From the sequence record PQ488502.1: a DNA stretch of 64,000 nt, one strand, 5' to 3'. Below the pieces are notes generated by a model that was not told the DNA's origin, made no database searches, and saw nothing but the letters and a program-made list of their open reading frames with translations. Positions 18,893 through 27,522 of the stretch are shown in pieces. This DNA is from Escherichia phage BUCT632. Position 1 is the stretch's first letter; each line of letters begins with the position of its first letter. The translations under genes and the position numbers were made by a program.

Positions 18893-19347
18893 AAAGAATG
18901 AAGGCAGCTTTGCTTTTAGTAGCTGCCCTTACCTTCAGCTTTAGTAGTCAGGCATCGCACGATGCAAAAGAAATAGATTGCATTGCTAAAAATATCTATT
19001 TCGAGAGTCGTGGTGAGGGCATAAAGGGAATGACGGCGATTGCACATGTTACTAAAAACCGTGTAAACTCCGGTAAATTCCCAGATTCCTACTGTAAAGT
19101 AGTATATCAGTCTAACCAGTTCTCTTGGGTATCTAAGAGACCAAAAGTTGATAAAACCGATGAGGCTTGGCAAACAGCCAAGAATTTAGCTAGAGTGATA
19201 TACTACGTTGATTTACCACAAGATCCTACACATGGAGCACTATACTTCCATAGTGGTAAAGATAAACCTTATTGGACAAAGAAGTTTAAGAAAACAACTA
19301 AGATTAAGGGACATACGTTTTATAAACCTGTTGTCACTAAAACTTAA
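18880..19347 (+). CDS. secreted SleB-like cell-wall hydrolase family protein
   Basis: signal peptide MKAALLLVAALTFSFSSQA; motif NIYFESRGEG...AIAHVTKNRV typical of SleB/Hydrolase_2 family. Confidence 0.55.
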   Translation: MAGVKRMKAALLLVAALTFSFSSQASHDAKEIDCIAKNIYFESRGEGIKGMTAIAHVTKNRVNSGKFPDSYCKVVYQSNQFSWVSKRPKVDKTDEAWQTAKNLARVIYYVDLPQDPTHGALYFHSGKDKPYWTKKFKKTTKIKGHTFYKPVVTKT

Positions 19348-19355
19348 AAATTTAC

Positions 19356-19384
19356 TTGCTTAAATACTTAAATTTCTGTATAAT
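19356..19384 (+). promoter_or_regulatory. T5-type early promoter cassette
   Basis: TTGCTT-17-TATAAT. Confidence 0.6.
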
Positions 19385-19415
19385 ACTTCCATAAACTAAT
19401 GAGAGGAAGCGAAAT

Positions 19416-19586
19416 ATGAAATCAGTTGTAATTATTGGTGTTAACACTCGCGGTATTCGTACTACGAAAACTGTTAAAACATCTAACGTGGCTGAAATTA
19501 CTACTAACCCTAAAAAGTTTGATTTCGCCAAAGTCTCGGCAGTTATGACAGAACAATCTTTTAACCAAGCGTTAGGAATGAAATAA
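19416..19586 (+). CDS. hypothetical small protein
   Basis: 56 aa ORF (below ORF-track cutoff) with GAGAGGAAG RBS. Confidence 0.4.
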   Translation: MKSVVIIGVNTRGIRTTKTVKTSNVAEITTNPKKFDFAKVSAVMTEQSFNQALGMK

Positions 19587-20029
19587 TGGAAGAGAATATT
19601 TTAGATGTTTTGCGTAGAGCTTTGCAGGATTCTAAGTTTAATGGTTCTGATAAAGAAGTCGCTAAAAGCTACCAGACCATAATCGGGGATCTTCAGCGTA
19701 TTGATAAAGATTTCATCACTTCTGAACAATTTGTGTCTTATCTCAAAGCTCAACTAAAAAGCATTAACCAGATGAAAGCTAAACTTCATGGTCGAGATCT
19801 TGATAGCTATAGCTTACAGTCTGCTCAGTATGAATACATTCTAAATAAGTGGTTGCAGGAGTATCTGCCTCCTCAGTTATCTGATACTGAGATTCGTAAA
19901 TACTTTGCAGAATTAGTTAAGCTAAACCCTGGAATTACAAAGGGTATGCTGATGAAAGCGATTAAGGAAGAATTTCCTGGGCGTTATGATGGTGGTACTG
20001 CTGCTCAGATTGCTGGCGAATTTAATTAA
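19586..20029 (+). CDS. hypothetical protein
   Basis: 147 aa ORF, ATAATG overlap. Confidence 0.55.
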   Translation: MEENILDVLRRALQDSKFNGSDKEVAKSYQTIIGDLQRIDKDFITSEQFVSYLKAQLKSINQMKAKLHGRDLDSYSLQSAQYEYILNKWLQEYLPPQLSDTEIRKYFAELVKLNPGITKGMLMKAIKEEFPGRYDGGTAAQIAGEFN

Positions 20030-20037
20030 AAATTCAT

Positions 20038-20066
20038 TTGCTAAATGCTTATAAATTCTGTATAAT
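20038..20066 (+). promoter_or_regulatory. T5-type early promoter cassette
   Basis: AAAAATTCATTTGCTA..17..TATAAT; reads into ~900 nt without a plus-strand ORF. Confidence 0.6.
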
Positions 20067-20289
20067 ATATTCATAAATTAGGGAACAGCGAGCCGATTAC
20101 GCTGAGTGCAGAATCCCAACCGGAGCGCATTGAATAGAGTCGGTGGGTTAGTTGTAAAACTAGTACACAGGGGGCGGCAATCCCGGTTAGTGGCTAGAAC
20201 GTGTAAAATGAGGCGTCTGAAACCTCTCCCCTAAACTCTTCTCTAATTTATAAATAGTGGGGTGTGGAAATCACTTATGTAGTAACACT

Positions 20290-20361
20290 GCCGTCCTAGT
20301 ATAATTGGTATTATCAAGCCGTAACTGGTGGAAGATGTAGGTTCGAATCCTACGGTCGGTA
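20290..20361 (+). ncRNA. tRNA-like element (aberrant anticodon arm)
   Basis: perfect T arm GTAGG-TTCGAAT-CCTAC, D arm with AATTGGTA loop, acceptor with one mismatch; no canonical anticodon stem. Confidence 0.35.
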
Positions 20362-20863
20362 AGAACTGGATAACTGATGCTTTTAACGTAAAAGCTTCCG
20401 AGGTTAGTTGCGCACTGCCTAAACCACGCGGTAGTTGGTTCCAGACTAACCAACCAGTCTGCTGAATAGTTTTATTACGATTTAACTATGTCCAGGCTAA
20501 AGAAGAACTTTAGAAGGTATTCTAGGATAGTGAAGTTCTTTCTCCATATCGGAGTAGTTTTTCAAGCTATCCACAAAGTGGGAAATGCTGACATGAGAGA
20601 TGTCACTAATGGTGCACAATAGCACAGGTAATTCGCGATAACTCCTGTTGAGTAGCAGCAAAAGGCGGGAAGTCATGACCCCAAGCCTAACCGAGTCCTC
20701 AATATACCGCAGGATATAACCACTAAGTCACCCTGACTTAAACTGGAAAATAATAGACGTTACCGTATTTTGTCTTGAAATACTTAATGAGTGAGACTTA
20801 TGACTCTCCCGGTATCGTCTGTATTTTTAAGAGTTTTTACGAGAGTTCTTAAAAATACTTAAA

Positions 20864-20935
20864 CGGGGTGTAGTCTAAGGGAGAGGCAGGAGTCTTCTAA
20901 ATTCCTTTATGCAGGTTCGAATCCTGTCACCTCGG
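20864..20935 (+). tRNA. tRNA-Arg(TCT)
   Basis: manual cloverleaf: acceptor CGGGGTG/CACCTCG, anticodon loop CTTCTAA, T-loop TTCGAAT, CCA encoded. Confidence 0.8.
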
Positions 20936-20972
20936 CCAATTTTATTAACTGTAACTAAAACAAAGGAAACAT

Positions 20973-21920
20973 ATGTTTAATACTAAAAATATGAAAGAAC
21001 TGACTTCTGAGCAGAAAGTAATTCGTACTATTAAACGTTGGGGTATTGGTGCTGTAGTTGGTTTAGCAGGCTTGATTCTAGCTTTTAATTCATATACTAT
21101 TGTTTCTGATGGTACGGTTAAAACCCAAACATTCCTGGGTAAAGTAGATCCTAATCCAGTATTGCCTGGTTTCCATCTTGTAAATCCGTTTGCATCTTTC
21201 GATACTTTTAGTACAAAAGATATTGCTGTAAAATTAGATAAACTTCAGGTTCCTAGCCAGGATAAGTTTAAATCCACTGTTGACCTGACTGTTATGTTGC
21301 AGTTTGATGGTTCTAAGGCACCGATTAACCGTATTAACGCAGGTACTCAGGATCAGGCACTAGACAAGTATGTAACTGAAAAATTATTGTCTACTATTCG
21401 TGAGTTTGGTAAGTCTGTACCTAAAGCACAAGATTTGTTTGATGCTAAAATTCAGGCTCAATTACAAACTGCAATTCAACAGGAAGTTGAAGAGTATGCA
21501 CGCCCATATGGTTACACAGTTAAGCAGGTGTTCCTTCAGGATATTACTCTGCCACCAGTAATCATGGAGCAGGTACAGAATACCAAAGTTCGTGAAGAGC
21601 AAGTTAATGCTGCGAAAGCTGAACTGGCTCGTGTTGAACAGGAAGCACAGCAGAAGGTTAAACAAGCAGAAGCAGATCGTGAAGCTCGTAATAACCAAGC
21701 TATTGCTAATGAACGTGACGCAGATGCTAAACTGTATGCAGCTAAGAAAGAAGCTGAAGCTAACGCCGCACTGCAACGTACCATTACTCCTGAGATGATT
21801 CGTTGGAAACAACTGGAAGTTGAAATGATTCGTGCTCAGAAATATCAAGGTGGTGTACCGCAGACTGTGGTTGGCACTGGCTATGATGGCCAAATGATTA
21901 TGGATATGCGTAATAAATAA
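20973..21920 (+). CDS. SPFH/band-7 (prohibitin-like) domain membrane protein
   Basis: N-terminal TM helix then SPFH-like region and long Ala/Gln/Glu-rich coiled coil. Confidence 0.65.
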   Translation: MFNTKNMKELTSEQKVIRTIKRWGIGAVVGLAGLILAFNSYTIVSDGTVKTQTFLGKVDPNPVLPGFHLVNPFASFDTFSTKDIAVKLDKLQVPSQDKFKSTVDLTVMLQFDGSKAPINRINAGTQDQALDKYVTEKLLSTIREFGKSVPKAQDLFDAKIQAQLQTAIQQEVEEYARPYGYTVKQVFLQDITLPPVIMEQVQNTKVREEQVNAAKAELARVEQEAQQKVKQAEADREARNNQAIANERDADAKLYAAKKEAEANAALQRTITPEMIRWKQLEVEMIRAQKYQGGVPQTVVGTGYDGQMIMDMRNK

Positions 21921-21945
21921 TACCCGCATGTAACATCTGAAGTAA

Positions 21946-21979
21946 GCCCTGCGTTCCCTGGAGAGCGCAGGGTTTTTCT
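21946..21979 (+). terminator. rho-independent terminator
   Basis: CCCTGCG...CGCAGGG hairpin plus TTTTT. Confidence 0.6.
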
Positions 21980-21998
21980 GTATTTAAGATAAAAGAAA

Positions 21999-22032
21999 AG
22001 CCCCTAAGTCTTTCGACTAGGGGCTTTATTGT
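21999..22032. terminator. bidirectional terminator between convergent genes
   Basis: GCCCCTAAG...CTAGGGGC hairpin with flanking A/T runs. Confidence 0.5.
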
Positions 22033-22244
22033 TTGGTTCTTTAGAACCATATACTCTTATTACAGCAACCACCCATACGGGAGGCCAATCTTGACTGAAA
22101 ATCTACTCTAGGGGGCAGGATAAGAGTAGGCTTAAAGGCAAACGGATTGAACGCCGGTATTTGCGTAAACATTGCTGGAGAGCAACAACGTGCTACAGGC
22201 ATTGGGCAGCACGAAACAGATTTTCTGCAACACATAATTCCTCC

Positions 22245-22661
22245 TTAGGAGTTATTACCACCATTTTGAGCTTTTGCAACTTGGCTTTGGCAGAAGCTAT
22301 TAAACTTACCCATAAGTGATACAAGCTGTTTCCCATCCTCTGTCTTTGCGAAGTCTTCGAAAAGGGCTAGTACTGCCTGTCCTTCCGCAGAAACCTGCGA
22401 TTGTTGGGTTTGTTGCTGAACTTGCTGCTGCGGCACCTGTTGCTGCATTTGTTGAGGCATTTGCGACTGCCCGCTCATTTGCTGCATCATTTGTATAGGA
22501 CTCACACTTCCAGGGTTTTGCTGGAGTTGTTGCTGCATCTGTTGCGCTTCTGCTAAACGCTGTTGCAATTGTTGTAAGTAGGGGTTATCCAGACCCGGAA
22601 TGGGCTGCTGGGAGCCCATACTTTGATTAAGTCCGTTATTTACAAAACCATATTTACTCAT
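22245..22661 (-). CDS. Gln-rich low-complexity protein
   Basis: 138 aa, >30% Q, repetitive QQ(M/L)QQ tracts. Confidence 0.5.
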   Translation of the reverse strand: MSKYGFVNNGLNQSMGSQQPIPGLDNPYLQQLQQRLAEAQQMQQQLQQNPGSVSPIQMMQQMSGQSQMPQQMQQQVPQQQVQQQTQQSQVSAEGQAVLALFEDFAKTEDGKQLVSLMGKFNSFCQSQVAKAQNGGNNS

Positions 22662-22682
22662 AATGGGCTCCTCCCCTTAATA

Positions 22683-23732
22683 TTAAGCCGGCAGTTTAGC
22701 CTGCAGACCAGCCAGAGTCTGAGTGATAGCACCAAGACTTAAAGCGATTTGATTAATTACCTGACCGTTAGCACCGCTACCTGCAGCGATTGCTTCACGT
22801 AGGCGACATGCATCTAACTCATCCTGGATACGCGCAGTAGTTACACCAGCGATCGCAGTCTGAAGTTCACAGCAACATTCAGCGATCTGACGTTCCAGAG
22901 AGTTCTGGTTAGCACACATCTGAGCCTGAACAGCGGCAAACTGGTTATTAGTTTGTAAAGTCTGCTGGAAAGCGATCTGTGCAGAATCAAACTTATCTTG
23001 TGCACGAGCTATCTGGTTAGCTGCGAAAGATTGATCAATCTGGCGAGAAAGATCGAACTGACCCTGAATAACGTTGCGAGTTTCCTGGCAGATCTGATTA
23101 GATAGATTAGCACCTGTACCATAGATCGTAGTTAGTACAGACTGAGTATCACGGCTCTGGTTTTGGGATGTCTGGCTAAAACCATTGTTAACTGCGCTTA
23201 AAACAGCTCCAGTACCCTGGTTAGCTTCTGTACGAGTAGTGTTAATAGCTGCTAGAATACTAGCGGTATCTTGGTTCTGAAGTACTGCATCAACTGCGGT
23301 ACCTTCACCAACTACACCACGTCCACCGAATCCACCGAAACCACCGAATCCGCCTGTTAATAGAGCACCGATTAGGATAGCTCCGAATAGTCCCATACCT
23401 TCACCACCGAAAGCACCTGCGTTTGCTGGGTAACCACCCAGTAGGCCAGGGAAGCCACTAGTGAATACGTTTACTGGTTCTTGCATTTTATGTTTTCCAT
23501 ATTTATGACAATGTTCATCATCATCTTCTTCATCATCTTCATCGTGTTCGCGATGTTTCTCTTCGTAGGCTCTGACCTTCTCCCACTTTTTCTTATCTGA
23601 TTCCTCGTGACGGTGCAGTTCTGCTGCAACGCTAGCGACGGTCTCAGGACTCTTAGCTACTTCTTCTGTCATTTTTTGACACCTCCTAGTATATAGAAAA
23701 TGTGTGTCTCTTTGATCACTCATCCATAACAT
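22683..23732 (-). CDS. hypothetical protein with acidic tract and glycine-zipper segment
   Basis: DEDDEEDDDE tract, GGFGGFGGFGG hydrophobic Gly-rich segment, Q/N/A-rich C-terminal half; true start may be an internal Met. Confidence 0.5.
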   Translation of the reverse strand: MLWMSDQRDTHFLYTRRCQKMTEEVAKSPETVASVAAELHRHEESDKKKWEKVRAYEEKHREHDEDDEEDDDEHCHKYGKHKMQEPVNVFTSGFPGLLGGYPANAGAFGGEGMGLFGAILIGALLTGGFGGFGGFGGRGVVGEGTAVDAVLQNQDTASILAAINTTRTEANQGTGAVLSAVNNGFSQTSQNQSRDTQSVLTTIYGTGANLSNQICQETRNVIQGQFDLSRQIDQSFAANQIARAQDKFDSAQIAFQQTLQTNNQFAAVQAQMCANQNSLERQIAECCCELQTAIAGVTTARIQDELDACRLREAIAAGSGANGQVINQIALSLGAITQTLAGLQAKLPA

Positions 23733-23879
23733 ATACTTTACACTACCCCAGCGAAAATGTCAAGGGGTCTTTAAAAATTGCCCCCGGATTTTTAGTGGGG
23801 TCACAAATTTTGGTCCTCACCACTTATCTGCTACCCTTAAGTGCCCTATGATTTTCCTCTAAAAAGTTAAAAAATTTGA

Positions 23880-23908
23880 TTGCTTGAATGCTAAATTCTC
23901 TGTATAAT
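23880..23908 (+). promoter_or_regulatory. T5-type early promoter cassette (PN25-like)
   Basis: AAAAAATTTGATTGCTT..17..TATAAT..ATAAATTTGAGAGAGGA closely resembles T5 PN25 (from memory). Confidence 0.7.
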
Positions 23909-23938
23909 ATATCTATAAATTTGAGAGAGGAACCAAAT

Positions 23939-24457
23939 ATGAATGTTGATGAGCTAACACAGCACCTCTTATCTAGAGGATTTGATACAGATAAATATCA
24001 TTGCTGGTTAAGTCCGGAAGGGTGGCTAACAGTCCCGTTGTATGATTTCTCTGGAATGTTGAGGGGCTATCAAACTTATAATCCTTCTGCTCCAAAAGGT
24101 CATGGTAAGTGCCCATTTGAAGCTAAATACTTTACTTATTCTACTACACAGTGTGTATGGGGACTAGAAACTCTCAATGGAGATGAAAAAGTAGTATTGA
24201 TCGCTGAATCTGTATTTAAGGCAGTTGCGTTACATAATGCGGGTTATCCAGCCCTGGCAATGTTGGGTTCTTCTCCAGGAAAAGCGTTATTAAAGCAACT
24301 GAAATTACTACCTTTTAAATTGGTAGCTGTTGGAGACAATGATCCCGATGGTGAAAAATTTGCTAGACAATTAAATGGATTTGTTTCTCCTGTAGATGTA
24401 GATGAGATGTCTACCGAAAACTTGAAAAATTTTCTTGCTATGAAGCTAAATTTCTAA
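23939..24457 (+). CDS. hypothetical protein
   Basis: ORF starting MNVDELTQ after RBS of promoter cassette. Confidence 0.55.
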   Translation: MNVDELTQHLLSRGFDTDKYHCWLSPEGWLTVPLYDFSGMLRGYQTYNPSAPKGHGKCPFEAKYFTYSTTQCVWGLETLNGDEKVVLIAESVFKAVALHNAGYPALAMLGSSPGKALLKQLKLLPFKLVAVGDNDPDGEKFARQLNGFVSPVDVDEMSTENLKNFLAMKLNF

Positions 24458-24463
24458 TATAAT
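24435..24463 (+). promoter_or_regulatory. early promoter overlapping CDS 3' end
   Basis: TTGCTA-17-TATAAT reading into tRNA-Ser. Confidence 0.5.
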
Positions 24464-24478
24464 ATATCTTATAAATTC

Positions 24479-24564
24479 GGAAGAATAGCATAACGGTATT
24501 GCAGCAGATTGCTAATCTGTCGGTTTGAAATATAGCCTTGTGGGTTCGATTCCCACTTCTTCCG
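24479..24564 (+). tRNA. tRNA-Ser(GCT)
   Basis: acceptor GGAAGAA/TTCTTCC, anticodon loop TTGCTAA, long variable arm, T-loop TTCGATT, CCA encoded. Confidence 0.75.
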
Positions 24565-24573
24565 CCAGATTTT

Positions 24574-24648
24574 GGTTCTCAAGCTCATATGGTATGAGCA
24601 CCCGGCTCATAACCGGAAGGTACGTAGGTTCGAATCCTCGGGGAGCCA
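24574..24648 (+). tRNA. tRNA-Met(CAT), initiator-like
   Basis: anticodon loop CTCATAA; three G:C pairs next to loop; weak T stem; CCA encoded. Confidence 0.65.
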
Positions 24649-24669
24649 CCAATTAAATAGAGGTCACAA

Positions 24670-24858
24670 ATGGATCTATATATAGTTTATGTTGTGTTTA
24701 TTCAAGATAGAGAATACCCGGGTGAATATAAAAAAGGATATAGGTTAGCCAGAGCTACCTCTGAAGCCCAAGCTATGGATAAAGTGGCGGATTATATGAT
24801 TACAGTAGAAAACGTACACTATATCGACTACCTTGAAGCCTCAAAAGTAATTGACTAA
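24670..24858 (+). CDS. hypothetical protein
   Basis: 62 aa ORF between tRNAs. Confidence 0.4.
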   Translation: MDLYIVYVVFIQDREYPGEYKKGYRLARATSEAQAMDKVADYMITVENVHYIDYLEASKVID

Positions 24859-24865
24859 ACTACAC

Positions 24866-24939
24866 GGGGGTGTAATCGAATTGGCATAGGTACTGGACTT
24901 AAAATTCAGGTTTTGTGGGTTCGAATCCCACCACCCCTA
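24866..24939 (+). tRNA. tRNA with anticodon TAA (Leu-decoding, short variable arm)
   Basis: acceptor GGGGGTG/CACCCCT, anticodon stem CTGGA/TTCAG, loop CTTAAAA, T-loop TTCGAAT, CCA encoded. Confidence 0.55.
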
Positions 24940-24956
24940 CCAAATTAAGGAAATAA

Positions 24957-25124
24957 GATGTATAGACATCCACCTCCGCCAACACGTCGTTCTAGGGAAG
25001 TCGTCCTTATGGAATTGACTAAAAACTTCAAGGCAACTCTTGAAGATAGAGATCTGGGCACGGATGAAGACATTGATTTTATTTGTAGACTATTAAAGAT
25101 GAAACTGGAGAAACAACATGGCTA
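24957..25124 (+). CDS. hypothetical small protein
   Basis: 55 aa ORF with AAGGAAA RBS. Confidence 0.3.
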
Positions 25125-25324
25125 ATCCTGAAATTACCGCACAACGTTTCATGCTTAAAGGCATGATTGCTGAGGCAGGTATAACTCAAGAGGTTGCAGA
25201 TTTTCATAAGCAATTTCTTGACATTATAACTCTAGCTAAAGAGACTGGAGAAAAAGAACATGGAGCGGCAATTATGGCTATATCTCTTATTAGTCTAGAC
25301 TTGGCTGAAGAATCTGGAGTTTAG
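25118..25324 (+). CDS. hypothetical protein
   Basis: 68 aa ORF. Confidence 0.45.
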   Translation: MANPEITAQRFMLKGMIAEAGITQEVADFHKQFLDIITLAKETGEKEHGAAIMAISLISLDLAEESGV

Positions 25325-25354
25325 CTCCTCCAAACAGAATTTTTAAAAATGTAC

Positions 25355-25384
25355 TTGCCTTTTGCTTTAAATTTCTGATATAAT
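25355..25384 (+). promoter_or_regulatory. T5-type early promoter cassette
   Basis: TTGCCT-18-TATAAT then ATAAATTGATGAAGGAG leader. Confidence 0.6.
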
Positions 25385-25414
25385 AGTTATATAAATTGAT
25401 GAAGGAGTTAACGA

Positions 25415-25690
25415 ATGCAAAATCGTGTTATAGCTGCTGGTATTGAAAGTGCAATCTGTAAATCCTGGGAAGGCTGGGAAGGTGAGATTGAATGGCTTTA
25501 TTTCTACGATGTAGAACTTCTGCCGGAAATTAAAGCTAAATGTATTGAAGCTGGCATGGCTCCAGATGCAAAAGCTGATATTGATATTTCAATGTCTGAA
25601 CTTAAAGGTCGTGTAATCACTGTTAGTGATGAGGGCGAAGAAGTTTTTGAACTTCCATTCTCCTTAACTGTCACTCCTAAGTTCGACTAA
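25415..25690 (+). CDS. hypothetical protein
   Basis: 91 aa acidic ORF. Confidence 0.5.
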   Translation: MQNRVIAAGIESAICKSWEGWEGEIEWLYFYDVELLPEIKAKCIEAGMAPDAKADIDISMSELKGRVITVSDEGEEVFELPFSLTVTPKFD

Positions 25691-25726
25691 CTAATACAGC
25701 ATTGGGCAAGTTCTTTAAAATTTGAC

Positions 25727-25755
25727 TTGCTCAGTGCCTTAAAACTTGATATAAT
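25727..25755 (+). promoter_or_regulatory. early promoter upstream of tRNA-Tyr
   Basis: TTGACT/TTGCTC -35, TATAAT -10; ~110 nt leader with hairpin precedes tRNA. Confidence 0.5.
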
Positions 25756-25879
25756 AGTTATCTAATTTGGAAACATATCTGAATGAGAAGTAATTAGGCG
25801 AGTTGCTTTTAGGGGTAAAGTCAGGAAATCCTGAAATATTCCACCTTGAGTTTAACCGACTTACTTTTCATTCAAATAT

Positions 25880-25957
25880 GGGGGATTGGCTCAGCGGCGA
25901 CGGCGCCTGGCTGTAGACCGGGTATATCACGCGGAGGTTCGAGTCCTCCATCCCCCA
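25880..25957 (+). tRNA. tRNA-Tyr(GTA)
   Basis: acceptor GGGGGAT/ATCCCCC, anticodon loop CTGTAGA, 10-nt variable region, T-loop TTCGAGT, CCA encoded. Confidence 0.7.
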
Positions 25958-25978
25958 CCAAATTACTAAGGAAGTAAT

Positions 25979-26524
25979 ATGCACAATAAGTTAATAAATG
26001 AGCTTCAAAAAAGACAGATAATAACAAAAACTAAGGAGTTTGATATAACTCCAGATTTAATAGTTGAATGCTCGAAAGTTTACTTAGAGTTAAGTAATAC
26101 AAAGGCTAAGAAAGTCTCCTTAGGAGATCTTAGATATAATGTTAAACTATTGTGCTTATCCTTAATTAAATTTAAGCAAAAAAATAAACTTCCCATAAAA
26201 GAAGGCTTCATATATTTTATAGCAAATAAGGCCTGGCCCAATTATTTTAAGATTGGTATGTCAGCTAACCCAAAGAAACGCTTAGCAAACTATCAAACAT
26301 ATAGCCCTTTTAGGGACTATACAATGCTACACTGGTCTTTCTGGTTTGATAGAAAGGAAGGCAAAAAGTTTGTCCATAGCCTCTATCAAGATAGGGATCA
26401 TGAATGGGTTAAGTTGCCTCGAAGAAAACTAAATAAAATATTTGAACAAATTAATAAACTTTCTGGCTTGGAACATTTAGTACAGAAAGTTAATAAAGAA
26501 ATAGTTAATGCACCTATCGTCTAA
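25979..26524 (+). CDS. T5orf172/GIY-YIG-like domain protein
   Basis: GFIYFIANKAW...YFKIGMSANPKKRLANYQT resembles GIY-YIG/T5orf172 motif. Confidence 0.55.
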   Translation: MHNKLINELQKRQIITKTKEFDITPDLIVECSKVYLELSNTKAKKVSLGDLRYNVKLLCLSLIKFKQKNKLPIKEGFIYFIANKAWPNYFKIGMSANPKKRLANYQTYSPFRDYTMLHWSFWFDRKEGKKFVHSLYQDRDHEWVKLPRRKLNKIFEQINKLSGLEHLVQKVNKEIVNAPIV

Positions 26525-26581
26525 TGGTTAGGACATCAGGATTTCAATCTGAGAATCGGAGTTCAATTCTCCGTGGGTGTA
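26510..26581 (+). tRNA. tRNA-Glu(TTC)
   Basis: acceptor GCACCTA/TGGGTGT, D arm GTCT/GGAC, anticodon loop ATTTCAA, T-loop TTCAATT, CCA encoded; 5' end overlaps CDS stop region. Confidence 0.7.
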
Positions 26582-26593
26582 CCAATTTCTGCA

Positions 26594-26666
26594 TTCCTAG
26601 AGTGTTACTGGACAGCATGTCGGTCTCCAAAACCGTACGGTCTAGGTTCGAGTCCTAGTAGGTTTG
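26594..26666 (+). tRNA. tRNA-Trp(CCA), acceptor pairing uncertain
   Basis: anticodon arm TCGGT-CTCCAAA-ACCGT, T arm CTAGG-TTCGAGT-CCTAG, CCA encoded; 5' acceptor strand not cleanly complementary. Confidence 0.5.
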
Positions 26667-26675
26667 CCAAAATTT

Positions 26676-26747
26676 GCACCTTTAGCTGAGATGGATTAGC
26701 GCTTGCCTGAAGAGCTTGAGAGGTTCGTTCGATACGAACAGGGTGCA
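26676..26747 (+). tRNA. tRNA-Phe(GAA)
   Basis: acceptor GCACCTT/AGGGTGC, D arm GCTG/TAGC, anticodon loop CTGAAGA, T-loop TTCGATA, CCA encoded. Confidence 0.65.
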
Positions 26748-26767
26748 CCAAATTGAAGGAGCTGCTG

Positions 26768-27040
26768 ATGCATCCTGAAAACTTCTTTATTTACTGCGCG
26801 GATAAGTCGCTGAAACGTAGAATTAACAAAGTCTATCATTATCGTGCTAGTCAACAGCCTTATGTATACGCTTTTGACGGTGATCACATTCCACTAGAAC
26901 AATTATCTTGTGATTACATGATATTGAAGAACTTTGACGAGACGAAGATCTCAAGCGTTCATAATCGACAGAATCCATTAACGTGGAAATATAAGAAGAA
27001 AAAGAAAGGCATCAAATTCTTAAAAAATGTAGTTGCTTAG
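26768..27040 (+). CDS. hypothetical protein
   Basis: ORF starting MHPENFF 7 nt after AAGGAG. Confidence 0.45.
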   Translation: MHPENFFIYCADKSLKRRINKVYHYRASQQPYVYAFDGDHIPLEQLSCDYMILKNFDETKISSVHNRQNPLTWKYKKKKKGIKFLKNVVA

Positions 27041-27061
27041 TTTCCAAAAGTTCTGTATAAT
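27033..27061 (+). promoter_or_regulatory. T5-type early promoter cassette driving tRNAs
   Basis: TTGCTT-17-TATAAT; cassette RBS followed by a 10-codon vestigial ORF running into tRNA-Cys. Confidence 0.6.
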
Positions 27062-27109
27062 AATTACATAAATTGAACTGGAGAAGCAACATGACAGAAC
27101 AAGATAAAT

Positions 27110-27182
27110 CGACCGTTGGCTGAATGGCTTAGGCGAAGGATTGCAAATCCTTTTTATGTGAGTTCAAATCTCATGCGGTCGT
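27110..27182 (+). tRNA. tRNA-Cys(GCA)
   Basis: acceptor CGACCGT/GCGGTCG, anticodon arm AAGGA-TTGCAAA-TCCTT, T-loop TTCAAAT, CCA encoded. Confidence 0.75.
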
Positions 27183-27337
27183 CCAATTTGCTGAAAGAAT
27201 TGTTAAATCAATTCAGGCACGCGTAGGAACACTGTCTCCGTAATTGAAAGATGGGGCACGGTTTGGAGAGGTATGCCGCTACACGCTACGGTGCTAACTC
27301 CGTCTAGGTGAAAATCCTAGTCAGCAATGTAAATTTA

Positions 27338-27417
27338 GGGTCGTTAGCCAAGCGGTTTGGCGGCGGATTGTTAATCCGTGTCGAAAGACAACGTAGGTTC
27401 GAATCCTACACGGCCCG
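27338..27417 (+). tRNA. tRNA-Asn(GTT) with extended variable arm
   Basis: acceptor GGGTCGT/ACGGCCC, D arm GCCA/TGGC, anticodon loop TTGTTAA, 13-nt variable hairpin, T-loop TTCGAAT, CCA encoded. Confidence 0.7.
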
Positions 27418-27522
27418 CCAAATTCTGTGTAGAGTTAAGTAAACCGGTAGCCAATCAGCTATCATTGCTGACATCGAATTCAGCCACAGATACCATTTTC
27501 ATTAATAACTGAGGAAACAAGC

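Noticed and set aside
20271-20453. 60-aa minus-strand ORF 20271..20453 and possible integrase/attachment site at tRNA genes
   Set aside because: ORF overlaps the tRNA-like element; no integrase, recombinase or att-like direct repeats flank any tRNA, consistent with a virulent phage.
26594-26666. Possibility that the tRNA-Trp-like gene lies on the minus strand
   Set aside because: Reverse complement lacks a T-loop consensus, whereas the plus strand has canonical T arm and anticodon arm; kept on plus strand with reduced confidence.
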